From positions 1 to 57,296 of the forward strand of contig JBQTID010000074.1 in NCBI GenBank assembly GCA_052389275.1: a DNA stretch of 57,296 nt. The letters are read 5' to 3'. The notes under the pieces are model-generated. The model was not told where the DNA came from, made no database searches, and saw only the letters and a program-made list of their open reading frames with translations. The DNA is from Gemmatimonadota bacterium. GTDB lineage: Bacteria > Gemmatimonadota > Gemmatimonadetes > Longimicrobiales > RSA9. Below, piece after piece: positions 20,838 to 30,183 of the stretch. The position numbers were made by a program, and so were the translations under genes. Every line of letters starts with the position of its first letter. The stretch's first letter is position 1.

Positions 20838-21541
20838 GCTCGTTCGCGCGCGCGGAAGACGCGCCCGAGCTGCTCGACCAGGAGCGACACGATACGCGCG
20901 AGCTGGCACAGAGTCTCGGCCATGTCGCCGCCGTGAACCGCTGGCTGGGCGGTGTCTCGGCGCTGCTCGCGCATGTCATGCCGCTGCTCGATGCCGAACG
21001 CACGACGCGCATTCTCGACATTGGCACCGGCTCCGCCGATTTGCCGCGTCGAGTCGTAGATTGGGCACGCGCGCACGGCCGCAGGATAGAGATCGTCGCA
21101 GCGGATTTGCACCCGCAGATTCGTGCGCTGGCTGCGGCGCAGTCCACCGATTATCCAGAAATCAGTGTCGAGGCTGCCGACGCGTTGGCGCTGCCATACC
21201 CGCCTGCTTCGTTCGACATTGTCACGATTTCGCTCACCTTGCACCACTTCGATGGCGGGCAGCAGGTCCGCGTCTTGCGCGAAGCGGCACGCGTGACCCG
21301 CGCTGCCGTTATCGTCAATGAGCTGCTGCGCACGCGTTTGAATTATCTCGGCGCGCGGCTGCTCGCGCTCACCCTCTGGCGCGGCAACCGGCTGACACGC
21401 CACGATGGGCCATTGTCGGTGCGGCGCGCTTTTACTGCCGCGGAACTGTCAGGACTTGGGGCCGCAGCCGGATTGAACGGCCGCGTCTTTCGTCATTTCT
21501 TTCAGCGCATTGTTCTGGTAGCGCGCCCCGGCGCCGGATGA
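20834..21541 (+). CDS. SAM-dependent methyltransferase-domain protein
   Basis: ELLD..VNRWLGG, ILDIGTGSAD, LHHF, HDGPLSVRRAF; a family usually found beside type III PKS genes. Confidence 0.88.
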   Translation: MSSFARAEDAPELLDQERHDTRELAQSLGHVAAVNRWLGGVSALLAHVMPLLDAERTTRILDIGTGSADLPRRVVDWARAHGRRIEIVAADLHPQIRALAAAQSTDYPEISVEAADALALPYPPASFDIVTISLTLHHFDGGQQVRVLREAARVTRAAVIVNELLRTRLNYLGARLLALTLWRGNRLTRHDGPLSVRRAFTAAELSGLGAAAGLNGRVFRHFFQRIVLVARPGAG

Positions 21542-22704
21542 GTGCGCGCGTTCGCGACGTGGTCATTGTGGGCGCCGGACCCGCCGGCTCCGTGACCGCG
21601 CTGCTGCTTGCACGGGCCGGTCTCGATGTCGAGATACTGGAGCGGCGCGATTTTCCGCGGGCGAAGGCGTGCGGCGATTGCATCAGTCCCGGCGCCAATG
21701 CGATTCTCCAGCGTATTGGCGTATGGAACGATATCAGCGCCACTCGACCCGGGCGTTTGCGCGGGTGGCTGCTGTGCGCCGATGGCGATGCCGCTTTCTC
21801 GTCCGAATTCGGAGCCGATACACACTCGCTCGCAATCGAGCGCGCAAAGCTGGACGCAATTCTGCTCGACGCCGCGCGGGCTGCTGGTGTGAGCGTGCGT
21901 ACGGATGCGCATGTCACCGACCTTTGCCGCGCTGCCGATGGTCGCGTTATCGGGGTCAACATGCTGCTGCGCGGCACCGCTGCTCGCATCGAAGCGCGGT
22001 TGACGGTGGGCGCGGATGGCTTGCGCTCACGCGTTGCGCGCCGGCTCGGCGCGCGCAGCAGAATGCCGAGGCTGCGCAAGCTGTCTCTGACCGCGCACGT
22101 GCGCGGCGTGCCGAATCCTGGATTGAACGGCGAGCTGCACTTGCAGCGGAATGCGTGTCTCGGAATCGCGCCGCTAGAAGCGGTCTCCGATCCGCTTTGC
22201 AACGTGACCATCGTGATGCAAGCGAATTCAAATGGAAGTTCAACTGGAAGCACGACGCCTAACCAAATGATGCGGCAGGCTCTGTCTCGCTTTCACGACC
22301 GCCAGCTTTCACACTTGATCGAGGATGACACCGTAATTCTGGCATCCGGACCGTTTGATTCGCCTACACGTAGAATCCTGTTCGATGGCGCGGTACTGGT
22401 TGGCGATGCAGCAGGTTATTACGATCCATTTACCGGGCAGGGCATCTACCATGCGCTGGCCGGCGCGGAAATGCTGGCGGAGCACATTCTCGCTGCGCGG
22501 CTGGACCGATACGCGCAGCTGCAACGCGCGCGCTTCGATTCAGCGCGGCGCGTGCAGCGCGGAATTGAGTTCGTATGCTCGCGGCCGCGTCTCGCGCGTG
22601 CGGCATTCAAGCAGCTGCGGCGCTCTCCGGCACTCGCTCAACGCCTGATACAGGTAACCGGTGACATGCGCCCTGCTCGCGAGCTACTATGGTCAGGCCG
22701 ATGA
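21538..22704 (+). CDS. NAD(P)/FAD-dependent oxidoreductase (geranylgeranyl reductase/halogenase-like fold)
   Basis: VGAGPAG, FPRAKACG, GADG, VGDAAGYYDPFTGQG motifs. Confidence 0.88.
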   Translation: MSARVRDVVIVGAGPAGSVTALLLARAGLDVEILERRDFPRAKACGDCISPGANAILQRIGVWNDISATRPGRLRGWLLCADGDAAFSSEFGADTHSLAIERAKLDAILLDAARAAGVSVRTDAHVTDLCRAADGRVIGVNMLLRGTAARIEARLTVGADGLRSRVARRLGARSRMPRLRKLSLTAHVRGVPNPGLNGELHLQRNACLGIAPLEAVSDPLCNVTIVMQANSNGSSTGSTTPNQMMRQALSRFHDRQLSHLIEDDTVILASGPFDSPTRRILFDGAVLVGDAAGYYDPFTGQGIYHALAGAEMLAEHILAARLDRYAQLQRARFDSARRVQRGIEFVCSRPRLARAAFKQLRRSPALAQRLIQVTGDMRPARELLWSGR

Positions 22705-23177
22705 TTACGATTGATGAGCGCCTGGTACGCGCACCAGCTGATGTCTGCTTCGACGTTGCCGCCGACGTAGAACGCTGGCCGCTCATTTTGCCACACTACC
22801 GGTGGGTTCGCTTTCACGACAAGCGAAGCTTTGGGCAGGGCGTGGTAGAAATGTCTGCATGGCGAGTTTTCCCGGCCGGCGTGAAGTATCCGACCTGGTG
22901 GGTCTCGGAGATGCGATCACAAAAGGATGAGCCTGCCGTGTACTACAAACACATCGGCGGCATTACGCGCGGCATGGACGTCAAATGGGAGCTTCAGGCG
23001 CGTGGCCGCGAGACCTTCATTCGAATTCATCACAGCTGGCACGGACCCGCGTGGCCACTGATTCGCGGCATTGCCGCGAGCTGGGTAATCGGCCCGCACT
23101 TCATCAGCGCAAGTGCACAACGCACTCTTGCCGGCGTCGCGCGTGAGGCAGAAGCGCGCGCGAGCAAATCGCAATGA
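22701..23177 (+). CDS. SRPBCC/polyketide cyclase-aromatase family protein
   Basis: FDVAADVERWPLILPHY..GMDVKW pattern; ATGA overlap with both neighbours. Confidence 0.8.
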   Translation: MITIDERLVRAPADVCFDVAADVERWPLILPHYRWVRFHDKRSFGQGVVEMSAWRVFPAGVKYPTWWVSEMRSQKDEPAVYYKHIGGITRGMDVKWELQARGRETFIRIHHSWHGPAWPLIRGIAASWVIGPHFISASAQRTLAGVAREAEARASKSQ

Positions 23178-24433
23178 TTGCTGAGCTTCGCCCCACGCAC
23201 CGCGTTGCGATCACCGGCATTGGACCGATCACGGCGGTCGGCACCGGCAAGGAAAAACTCTGGGCCGGTCTCAGAAACGAGCGCTCGCCCGTGCGCCGCA
23301 TCACACGCTTCGATGCGAGTCAGTGGAAATCGCAAATCGCGGCCGAAGTCGATGATTTCGATGCGGCTGATTTTATGGAGGCGAAACTCGCGCGGCGCTA
23401 CGACCGCTTTACGCAATTCGCAGTGGCGAGCGCGCGTATGGCGCTCGATGATGCGGACTTGAATCCCACCGGTCTCGATGGCGATCGCGTAGCCGTCCAA
23501 ATGGGCTCCGCGCTCGGCGGCACCGCCAATGGCGAAGCGCAGCTCGTCAATTTGATCTCCAGCGGTATTCGTGCGGTTGATCCGCGCGTCGCCCTCACCA
23601 CGTTTTGCGGCGCGGCCAGCTGCGCGGTCGCCATTGAATTCGGATTCACCGGACCGAATTCGACTAACGCAATGTCGTGCGCGTCTGGTACTATCGCGAT
23701 TGGCGAAGCCTGGCGTCTGATTCGCGATGGCCTCGCCGACTTCGCGATCGCCGGCGGCATGGAAGCGCCGCTCGCGCCACTCTGCTTCGGCGCATTCGCA
23801 ATCATTCGCGCAATGAGTACCCGCAACCATGACCCGGAGCGTGCGTGCAGACCATTCGATACCCAGCGCGATGGCTTTATCATGGGCGAGGGCGCCTGCG
23901 CGCTCGTGCTCGAGCGCTACGACCTCGCGGTCAGGCGCGGCGCGCACATTTACGCGGAGCTGGCCGGCTATGCGAACACGAATGACGCGTATCACATGAC
24001 CGCGCCACGCCCGGACTCCTCGCAGGCGGCGCGCGCGATGCGGAACGCGCTCGAGATCGCGAAGCTCGATCCGAACGACGTCGACTACGTGAACCCGCAC
24101 GGCTCGTCCACCCCGCTCAACGATGCGACCGAGTCACAGGCGATCAAACAGGTCCTCGGACCGCGCGCGTATGAGATTCCGATCAGCGGCACCAAGCCCT
24201 ACCATGCCCATGCCTTGGGCGCTTCCGGTGCCATCGAAGCCGCAGTCTGCTGCCTCGCTTTCGAACGCGGCTGGGTTCCGCCCACCCTGAACTTCGAGGC
24301 CGGCGACGATGCCTGCGATCTGGACTATGTCAAAGCAGGTGGTAGAACGGTCCAACCGCGCGTGATTATGTCAAATTCTTTCGGGTTTGGCGGAATCAAT
24401 GCCGCCCTGATTTTGGCCGCTCCGGCGCTTTAG
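23174..24433 (+). CDS. Beta-ketoacyl-ACP synthase (FabF/type II KS-like)
   Basis: Catalytic Cys (AMSCASG), His (NPHGSST) and His (HAHALGA); SNSFGFGG. Confidence 0.9.
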   Translation: MIAELRPTHRVAITGIGPITAVGTGKEKLWAGLRNERSPVRRITRFDASQWKSQIAAEVDDFDAADFMEAKLARRYDRFTQFAVASARMALDDADLNPTGLDGDRVAVQMGSALGGTANGEAQLVNLISSGIRAVDPRVALTTFCGAASCAVAIEFGFTGPNSTNAMSCASGTIAIGEAWRLIRDGLADFAIAGGMEAPLAPLCFGAFAIIRAMSTRNHDPERACRPFDTQRDGFIMGEGACALVLERYDLAVRRGAHIYAELAGYANTNDAYHMTAPRPDSSQAARAMRNALEIAKLDPNDVDYVNPHGSSTPLNDATESQAIKQVLGPRAYEIPISGTKPYHAHALGASGAIEAAVCCLAFERGWVPPTLNFEAGDDACDLDYVKAGGRTVQPRVIMSNSFGFGGINAALILAAPAL

Positions 24434-24480
24434 CCTAAAAAAAGCACATCCTACCGCTATTCCTCAAGTCTCCATCGTCT

Positions 24481-24496
24481 TGGCAGAGAACATGCA
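24481..24496 (+). promoter_or_regulatory. Putative sigma54 promoter
   Basis: TGGCAGAGAACATGCA (GG-N10-GC), about 70 bp upstream of the start at 24569. Confidence 0.6.
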
Positions 24497-24568
24497 AGCC
24501 GAGCCTCCGCTGTTGGTGCGGAGCGGGGATGCCGCGTCTGCGTTGCGTGGAAACGGAGGTAAGGAGAC

Positions 24569-25894
24569 ATGAAAGCGCTATATCGAGGAGTATTGCTGCT
24601 CCCGCTGTTCGCGATCATCGCAAGTGCACCTGCGATGGCACAATCGTGGAAGTGGGACTTCGGCGTGAATGCTGGCTATGCCACGTACACGGCGGCACTG
24701 GACGAGGAGGACACGGGCGGCACGGATGTAAAGTTTAAGCACGGGAAGATCCTGGGCAGCCAGCTAGGCTTTTGGTTCGGGCCGAGGCTGGGGCTGCGAC
24801 TGAATGGCCGCTATGCGGATCGTCCGATCACTTTTGAGGAGGATCCGAACGATACGCGGCCGGTGACGAGCGTACTGCTATGGACCGGGACGGCCGACGT
24901 GCTGTTCCGCTTCCGGGCTCCCGCGGAGGAGCGCACTCGGTTTGAGTTCCTGCCGTATCTGGCGCTCGGCCTGGGCGCGAAATGGCATAACGGCGCGCAT
25001 GACGATTTCACCTGTGTGGACCAGACGAACAGCTTTGCTTGCTCGCCGTTCGTAATTGACGGCCGCGGCTTTGCGATGGGTGAGGAGAACGCGATCGCGG
25101 GGCTGATCGGTCTAGGCGCGGATTGGCGTCTTGGCCGGCGTATCAACCTGCGGACGGAACTGAGCGACGTCATCTACAAGCCGCAGTTCCATACTGCCAC
25201 GGTACCGGCGTCGCCGGCTGGAACGTGGAGCGTCTCGGAGGAAAACGTGGCGAAGGTCGTGCACGAGCTGGGCGGCCAGATCGGCTTGCACTTCCTGTTC
25301 GGCATAGCTGCGCCGCCGGTAGTAGCCTTGGTTCCGCCACCGGCACCACCGCCGCCGCCTGCACCGACACCGGAGCCGCGCCGCGAAGCGCTCACCGTTT
25401 GCGTGATCGATCCCACGTCACCTGGTGGCATTCGGATGCAGACCGTAACGCTGATCGAGGGTCGCGACACCGTGATCACGGTTGGCGGCACCGATCGTCC
25501 GTTCCGTGAGTCGGTCGGCAACGTAATGGTCGCGACCAATGCGACCTGGTTCGTGCAGGGTCAGCCGCTGGTAATGAACGTCGGCACCAATCGGGTCGAG
25601 TTCACAACCTTCGGCTCGCCACGCATGGTCGAGGCTGCCGACCTGGCGTTCCTCGGCACGGTGAACGGGTTCCCGGTCTACGCCGATAGAGACGAGGTCG
25701 AGGAAGTCATCGAAGAGATCAACGAGCTGAACCGCGCGCGCGCGGGCACGGATCTCGGGCAGATTCTCGAGGAAAACCGTGAGCTCGACGACGAACTCGA
25801 TGACATCAGGATTCTCTACGTTCCACTGCATGCAACGGGCTGCGTCTTCCAGGCTGTGCAGCGCCAGGAAGAAGTCCGGAAGGGTGGAAAGTAA
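24569..25894 (+). CDS. Outer-membrane beta-barrel protein with Pro-rich linker and unknown C-terminal domain (paralog 1)
   Basis: AAGGAG RBS, signal peptide, amphipathic beta-strands ending GLHFLFG, PPPAP linker. Confidence 0.8.
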   Translation: MKALYRGVLLLPLFAIIASAPAMAQSWKWDFGVNAGYATYTAALDEEDTGGTDVKFKHGKILGSQLGFWFGPRLGLRLNGRYADRPITFEEDPNDTRPVTSVLLWTGTADVLFRFRAPAEERTRFEFLPYLALGLGAKWHNGAHDDFTCVDQTNSFACSPFVIDGRGFAMGEENAIAGLIGLGADWRLGRRINLRTELSDVIYKPQFHTATVPASPAGTWSVSEENVAKVVHELGGQIGLHFLFGIAAPPVVALVPPPAPPPPPAPTPEPRREALTVCVIDPTSPGGIRMQTVTLIEGRDTVITVGGTDRPFRESVGNVMVATNATWFVQGQPLVMNVGTNRVEFTTFGSPRMVEAADLAFLGTVNGFPVYADRDEVEEVIEEINELNRARAGTDLGQILEENRELDDELDDIRILYVPLHATGCVFQAVQRQEEVRKGGK

Positions 25895-25926
25895 GCCTCT
25901 TCGGCACCCGCAACAGACGCGGTAGT

Positions 25927-25958
25927 GAAAGGGTCCGGCCCAGTAGCCGGGCCCTTTC
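25927..25958 (+). terminator. Intrinsic terminator hairpin
   Basis: GAAAGGGTCCGGC..GCCGGGCCCTTTC. Confidence 0.7.
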
Positions 25959-25985
25959 TATTTGTGGCTTCAATGCGGTGATTCG

Positions 25986-26001
25986 TGGCAAGAATCCTGC
26001 A
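25986..26001 (+). promoter_or_regulatory. Putative sigma54 promoter
   Basis: TGGCAAGAATCCTGCA (GG-N10-GC), upstream of the start at 26100. Confidence 0.6.
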
Positions 26002-26099
26002 AACTCCCCTGCGGGCCTTCGATCGCTTGTGGCCGAAGCGGCGGGCGGCGGAACCGTCATGCTCGTCCGCAAAAAAGTGTGTGGAAGAGGAGAGGATAC

Positions 26100-27470
26100 A
26101 TGAAACTCGCAAGTAAGGTAGCCATGCTTACGGCACTGCTGGTGCCTCTGGCTACGATTCCAGCGTCGGCACAGAGCTGGAAATGGGATTGGAACATCAA
26201 CGGCGGTTACTCCACGTTCAGCAAGATCCTGGACGCTGAAAATACGGGTCTGACCAGCGTGGAAGAGTCGGATGTGAAGTTCAAGAGTGGCGGGCTGCTA
26301 GGCACGCAGCTCACCTTCTGGCCATCTTCACGAATCGGCATTCGCGTGAACGGCACCTACGCGGACCGTCCGCTCGAATCGAATGATCTCACTTTGACGA
26401 ACTTCGCGAACAGCGGACTCGAGCACGTGAATCTGTGGAGCGGCAGCGGCGATCTGATGATCCGCTTCGCAACACCGGACGAGGAATACGATGGGATGGA
26501 ATTCCTGCCATACCTCGCTCTTGGTTTGGGCGCCAAGTGGCATAATCCTGCCGGTGACAATTTCACCTGCAACGACACGACTGAAGGCAAGTCGTTCGCA
26601 TGCGCACCGTTTACCGTGCAGAGCGGTACGACCACCGGCAACACCTTTGCGCTTGCCGAGGCTAACACGCTCATGGGGCTGGTAGGACTGGGAGCCGACT
26701 GGCGTGTAGCGCGCGCGATCGCGATTCGCACCGAGATCGGTGATCGAATCTGGGATCCGCGTGTCCATCGTGTGACTACGCCGGCAACCGGCACGACCTT
26801 CACGCTCGCTGACAGCGATGAGGACGTGGGCAAGACGATTCACGAGCTGTTCGGGCAGATTGGCCTGAGCTTCCTGTTCGGCATCGCGCGGCCACCGGAA
26901 GTCGCAGTGGTAGCACCACCGGCCCCGGTCGAGCCGGCACCAGCGCCGACGATCAGCCGTGAAAACCTCATGGTTTGCGTTATCGATCCGACAGCGCCCG
27001 GCGGCATTCGTATGCAGAACGCAGTGCTGGTCGGCAGCCGCGACACCGTGGTTGTTGTAGGGGGCGTTGATCGTCCGCTCACCGCATCAATCGGCACAGT
27101 GGCAGTGGCCTCGAATGCTGATTGGTTCGTGCGTGGACAGCCGTTGATCATTCGTACCGGAGGCACCACCACGATCGAGTTCGCAACGCACGGAACTGCG
27201 CGTGTGATCGAGTCGGGTGATCTGACGTTCGTCGGTACCGTGAACGGTATGCCGGTGTTCGCCGATCGTGACGATGTCGTCGACATCGCGGACGAGCTGG
27301 CAGAGATCAACCGGACACGCGCGGGCACCGATCTCGCCATCATTCTGGAGGAGAACCGTGAGCTTCGTGATGAGCTCGACGATGTCCAGGTTCTCTTCGC
27401 TCCACTGAATGCGACCGGCTGCGTTTTCCAGGCGGTTCAACTACAGGAGCAGGTCCGCAAGGGCAAGTAA
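26100..27470 (+). CDS. Outer-membrane beta-barrel protein with Pro-rich linker and unknown C-terminal domain (paralog 2)
   Basis: Shares AQSWKWD, EFLPYLALGLGAKWHN, VCVIDPT.PGGIRMQ and TGCVFQAVQ..E.VRKG with 24569-25894. Confidence 0.8.
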   Translation: MKLASKVAMLTALLVPLATIPASAQSWKWDWNINGGYSTFSKILDAENTGLTSVEESDVKFKSGGLLGTQLTFWPSSRIGIRVNGTYADRPLESNDLTLTNFANSGLEHVNLWSGSGDLMIRFATPDEEYDGMEFLPYLALGLGAKWHNPAGDNFTCNDTTEGKSFACAPFTVQSGTTTGNTFALAEANTLMGLVGLGADWRVARAIAIRTEIGDRIWDPRVHRVTTPATGTTFTLADSDEDVGKTIHELFGQIGLSFLFGIARPPEVAVVAPPAPVEPAPAPTISRENLMVCVIDPTAPGGIRMQNAVLVGSRDTVVVVGGVDRPLTASIGTVAVASNADWFVRGQPLIIRTGGTTTIEFATHGTARVIESGDLTFVGTVNGMPVFADRDDVVDIADELAEINRTRAGTDLAIILEENRELRDELDDVQVLFAPLNATGCVFQAVQLQEQVRKGK

Positions 27471-27499
27471 TCCGCCGTTACTTGAATGCTCCGGTAAGG

Positions 27500-27531
27500 G
27501 TAAAAGCCCGGCCGCAAGGCCGGGCTTTTAC
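27500..27531 (+). terminator. Intrinsic terminator hairpin
   Basis: GTAAAAGCCCGGCC-GCAA-GGCCGGGCTTTTAC. Confidence 0.8.
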
Positions 27532-27560
27532 GTTTCCGGGCTTTCCCTACATTATTCCGG

Positions 27561-28526
27561 GTGATCACTGCCCCTCTCGTTGTTCTCGGCCAGGTTCTCG
27601 GCTTCGCCTTCGCCGCAGGGCTCAATCTGTATGCGACGGTGGCGCTGGTCGGCGTAGCCGCACGATTCGGCTGGATCGCGGGATTGCCGCCTACCGTGCA
27701 GGGGGTCGAGAATCCGCTCGTTCTCGGCACCGCGGCACTGCTGTATCTGATCGAGTTTCTGATCGACAAGATTCCTTACGCTGATACCGCATGGGACGTG
27801 ATCCACACGATTGTACGTCCGGTTGCTGCGTCTTTGCTCGTGGCGGCCGCGCTTTCCGAAGCGACTCTGCCCGTGCAAATCGGAGCCGCGGTGCTGGCCG
27901 GCGGCGTCGCGCTGGGCGCGCACGGGCTCAAGGCCGGCCTTCGCCTCATCCTTAACGTGCGGCCGCGCAAGGCGCTCAACGCATTTGTGAGCATAATCGA
28001 GGACGCATTCGCCGTCGCGGTTGCCATAGCAGTCTTGATGTATCCGGTTGTGGCGCTTGCCCTCGCGGCGGCTGCGCTGCCGATTATGCTGCTCGCCGGT
28101 CCGCGCCTCTGGCGGGCAGGTGTGCTGGCAATGCGCGCATTGGTTGCCCGCGTACGCGGCTTTTTCGGCCACAAGGACTGGCGCGACACGGATGCTTTGC
28201 CGCCTCGGCTGCGATCGGTGCTTGCTCCCCTTCCTCTCGGACGCGGTAAAGCGCGTGTCGCGCGCGCCGCACTTCGCGGCATGAAAGGAGTCGGGTCGTA
28301 CAAGAGCGGTTGGGTGGTTCTCTCTGACGAGCCGGTATTCGTCTATTTGTCGCTGCTTCGGCCCCGCAGCCTGCCCCTTCCTCGCATTCGCGAAGCACAG
28401 GTCCGACACGGCCTTTGGACAGACAGCCTCGAGTTCGATAACTCCAACGCCAGCTGCACGCTGTTTCTCTTGAAGGACGGTCCTTCAGCCGAGGTCGCGC
28501 TCGCGGAGTTGCGCGCGGCTACGTGA
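27561..28526 (+). CDS. DUF4126-like membrane protein
   Basis: AAGLNLYAT, IEFLIDKIPYADTAWD.IHT..RP motifs. Confidence 0.8.
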   Translation: MITAPLVVLGQVLGFAFAAGLNLYATVALVGVAARFGWIAGLPPTVQGVENPLVLGTAALLYLIEFLIDKIPYADTAWDVIHTIVRPVAASLLVAAALSEATLPVQIGAAVLAGGVALGAHGLKAGLRLILNVRPRKALNAFVSIIEDAFAVAVAIAVLMYPVVALALAAAALPIMLLAGPRLWRAGVLAMRALVARVRGFFGHKDWRDTDALPPRLRSVLAPLPLGRGKARVARAALRGMKGVGSYKSGWVVLSDEPVFVYLSLLRPRSLPLPRIREAQVRHGLWTDSLEFDNSNASCTLFLLKDGPSAEVALAELRAAT

Positions 28527-28558
28527 GTTACTTTGTTCTGAGATAATCGGAGCCGCCA

Positions 28559-28990
28559 ATGTTCAAGTTCAGCATTACCCAGCACCGCATCGCCATGCTG
28601 GTCCTGCGCCTGATTGTCGGCCTCGTGTTTTTCGCTCATGGGTATCAAAAGGCTTTTCAGATGGGTCCTGACATGGTTGCCGGATTCTTCGGCAGCGCCG
28701 GCATACCCGCGCCTGCAATCACGGCCTGGCTGATCACGCTACTCGAGACATTCGGCGCCGCGGCATTAATGCTCGGATTGCTGACCCGGGTCTTTGCGAC
28801 GCTGTTCGCACTCGACATGCTCGGCGCAATGTCGTTCATTCACTTCGAGCAGGGCTTTTCTGTTGCCAACAACGGATACGAGTTCGTGCTCACACTGTTT
28901 GCGGCGAGCGTAGCGCTGGCCATTGCAGGTCCGGGCGCTGCTGCGATCGATGATTTGCTGGCGCGCCGGAAGGAAGCGCGCGCGGCGTGA
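28559..28990 (+). CDS. DoxX family membrane protein
   Basis: LRLIVGLVFFAHGYQK, LE..G...L.LGLLTR, NGYEF..GPG motifs. Confidence 0.9.
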   Translation: MFKFSITQHRIAMLVLRLIVGLVFFAHGYQKAFQMGPDMVAGFFGSAGIPAPAITAWLITLLETFGAAALMLGLLTRVFATLFALDMLGAMSFIHFEQGFSVANNGYEFVLTLFAASVALAIAGPGAAAIDDLLARRKEARAA

Positions 28991-29856
28991 GCTATGGCAT
29001 CAAACCGCCCGGTTACCGGCTGCCGGAAGGGACACGCATCGGCGGCGTGCATCTGCGCGTCAGTGACATCGAGAGATCCCGTGCTTTCTACCAGGAGGTG
29101 CTCGGCTTCGACGTGATAGAAGCGGAAGCCGGGCGCGTGAAGCTCGGCGTCGGCTCTAAGGAGTTGATCGAGCTTCAGTCAGGCGCGGCAGATCCGCTAC
29201 GAGGTGCTCGACTCGGTCTCTATCATTTTGCGATTCTGCTGCCGGACCGAGCTTCGCTCGGCCAGTGCCTCGAGCATTTATCGCGACCGGGAATCAAGCT
29301 CGGAGCAGCGGACCACCTCGTCAGTGAAGCGCTCTACCTGAGCGATCCCGACGGCCTTGGGATAGAGATCTATCGCGACCGGCCGCGGAGCGAGTGGACG
29401 GTGAGAGGAGGCGAGCTGGCCATGGCCACCGAACCGCTGGATTTTGACGCGGTAATCGGCGCCGGCGGTGGCATGGGTTGGCAGGGCATGCCGGGCGGCA
29501 CGACGATCGGCCATGTGCATCTTCACGTGAGCGACCTCGAAAGAGCCAGGGCGTTTTATCACGAGGCGCTCGGATTCGATATCACGGTTTGGAGTTATCC
29601 GCAGGCGCTATTCTTCTCGGCTGGTGGCTATCACCACCATCTCGGCACGAACACCTGGGCACCTGACGCACGGCTTGCTGGCGCCGCAGAGCCCATGCTG
29701 GTGCATTGGGATCTTCTGCTGCCATCGCCGCAAGCGGTTGTAACGGCAGCAGATAGTCTCGTGCAAGCCGGTTATTCGATCTCTCCGGAAGAAATTGGCG
29801 GCAGCATTGTGACCGATACCGACGGAATCGCGCTTCGCCTCGCTCCAAGCGGATAG
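28987..29856 (+). CDS. VOC-family protein (CatE-like catechol 2,3-dioxygenase); forms a catDE-like pair with DoxX
   Basis: GLYHFAILLP, DHLVSEALYLSDPDG.GIEIY, GHVHL, GGYHHHLG.N.W motifs. Confidence 0.88.
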   Translation: MSYGIKPPGYRLPEGTRIGGVHLRVSDIERSRAFYQEVLGFDVIEAEAGRVKLGVGSKELIELQSGAADPLRGARLGLYHFAILLPDRASLGQCLEHLSRPGIKLGAADHLVSEALYLSDPDGLGIEIYRDRPRSEWTVRGGELAMATEPLDFDAVIGAGGGMGWQGMPGGTTIGHVHLHVSDLERARAFYHEALGFDITVWSYPQALFFSAGGYHHHLGTNTWAPDARLAGAAEPMLVHWDLLLPSPQAVVTAADSLVQAGYSISPEEIGGSIVTDTDGIALRLAPSG

Positions 29857-29976
29857 TCAAGGTTCGGACAACCTGGATTTGACTAAGTTTTGTCGGAACA
29901 TGGGTTTGTGCGCCAGTGTACCTTCCGCCGTTACCACAGGCCCCACGCGGATAATCCGCAGGGCGGCATAAAAGGG

Positions 29977-30005
29977 TTGAACTAAAATTCAGCTTTTTTT
30001 ATATT
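29977..30005 (+). promoter_or_regulatory. Sigma70-type promoter
   Basis: TTGAAC-N17-TATATT. Confidence 0.6.
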
Positions 30006-30011
30006 CGGCGA

Positions 30012-30156
30012 GCTTATGATCAGAATCGTTTTGGGGTGTGATCGAGTGAGGCTTTTCCACGGTGCGGTGTTGGTCGGGGCTACGGAAAAGCCACACGAAA
30101 ACCTCAGTTGAGCAGCGGGATTTTTCGAGCTTCGAAATCTCCGCTGCTTTTTATTT
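30012..30156 (+). ncRNA. Structured 5' leader or small RNA ending in an intrinsic terminator, upstream of a sigma factor gene
   Basis: Stem GGCTTTTCC (30050-58) / GGAAAAGCC (30084-92); terminator AGCAGCGG..CCGCTGCT plus U tract (30111-30156) before the ATG at 30184. Confidence 0.5.
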
Positions 30157-30183
30157 CACATAAACCGATCGATATCCAGAAAG

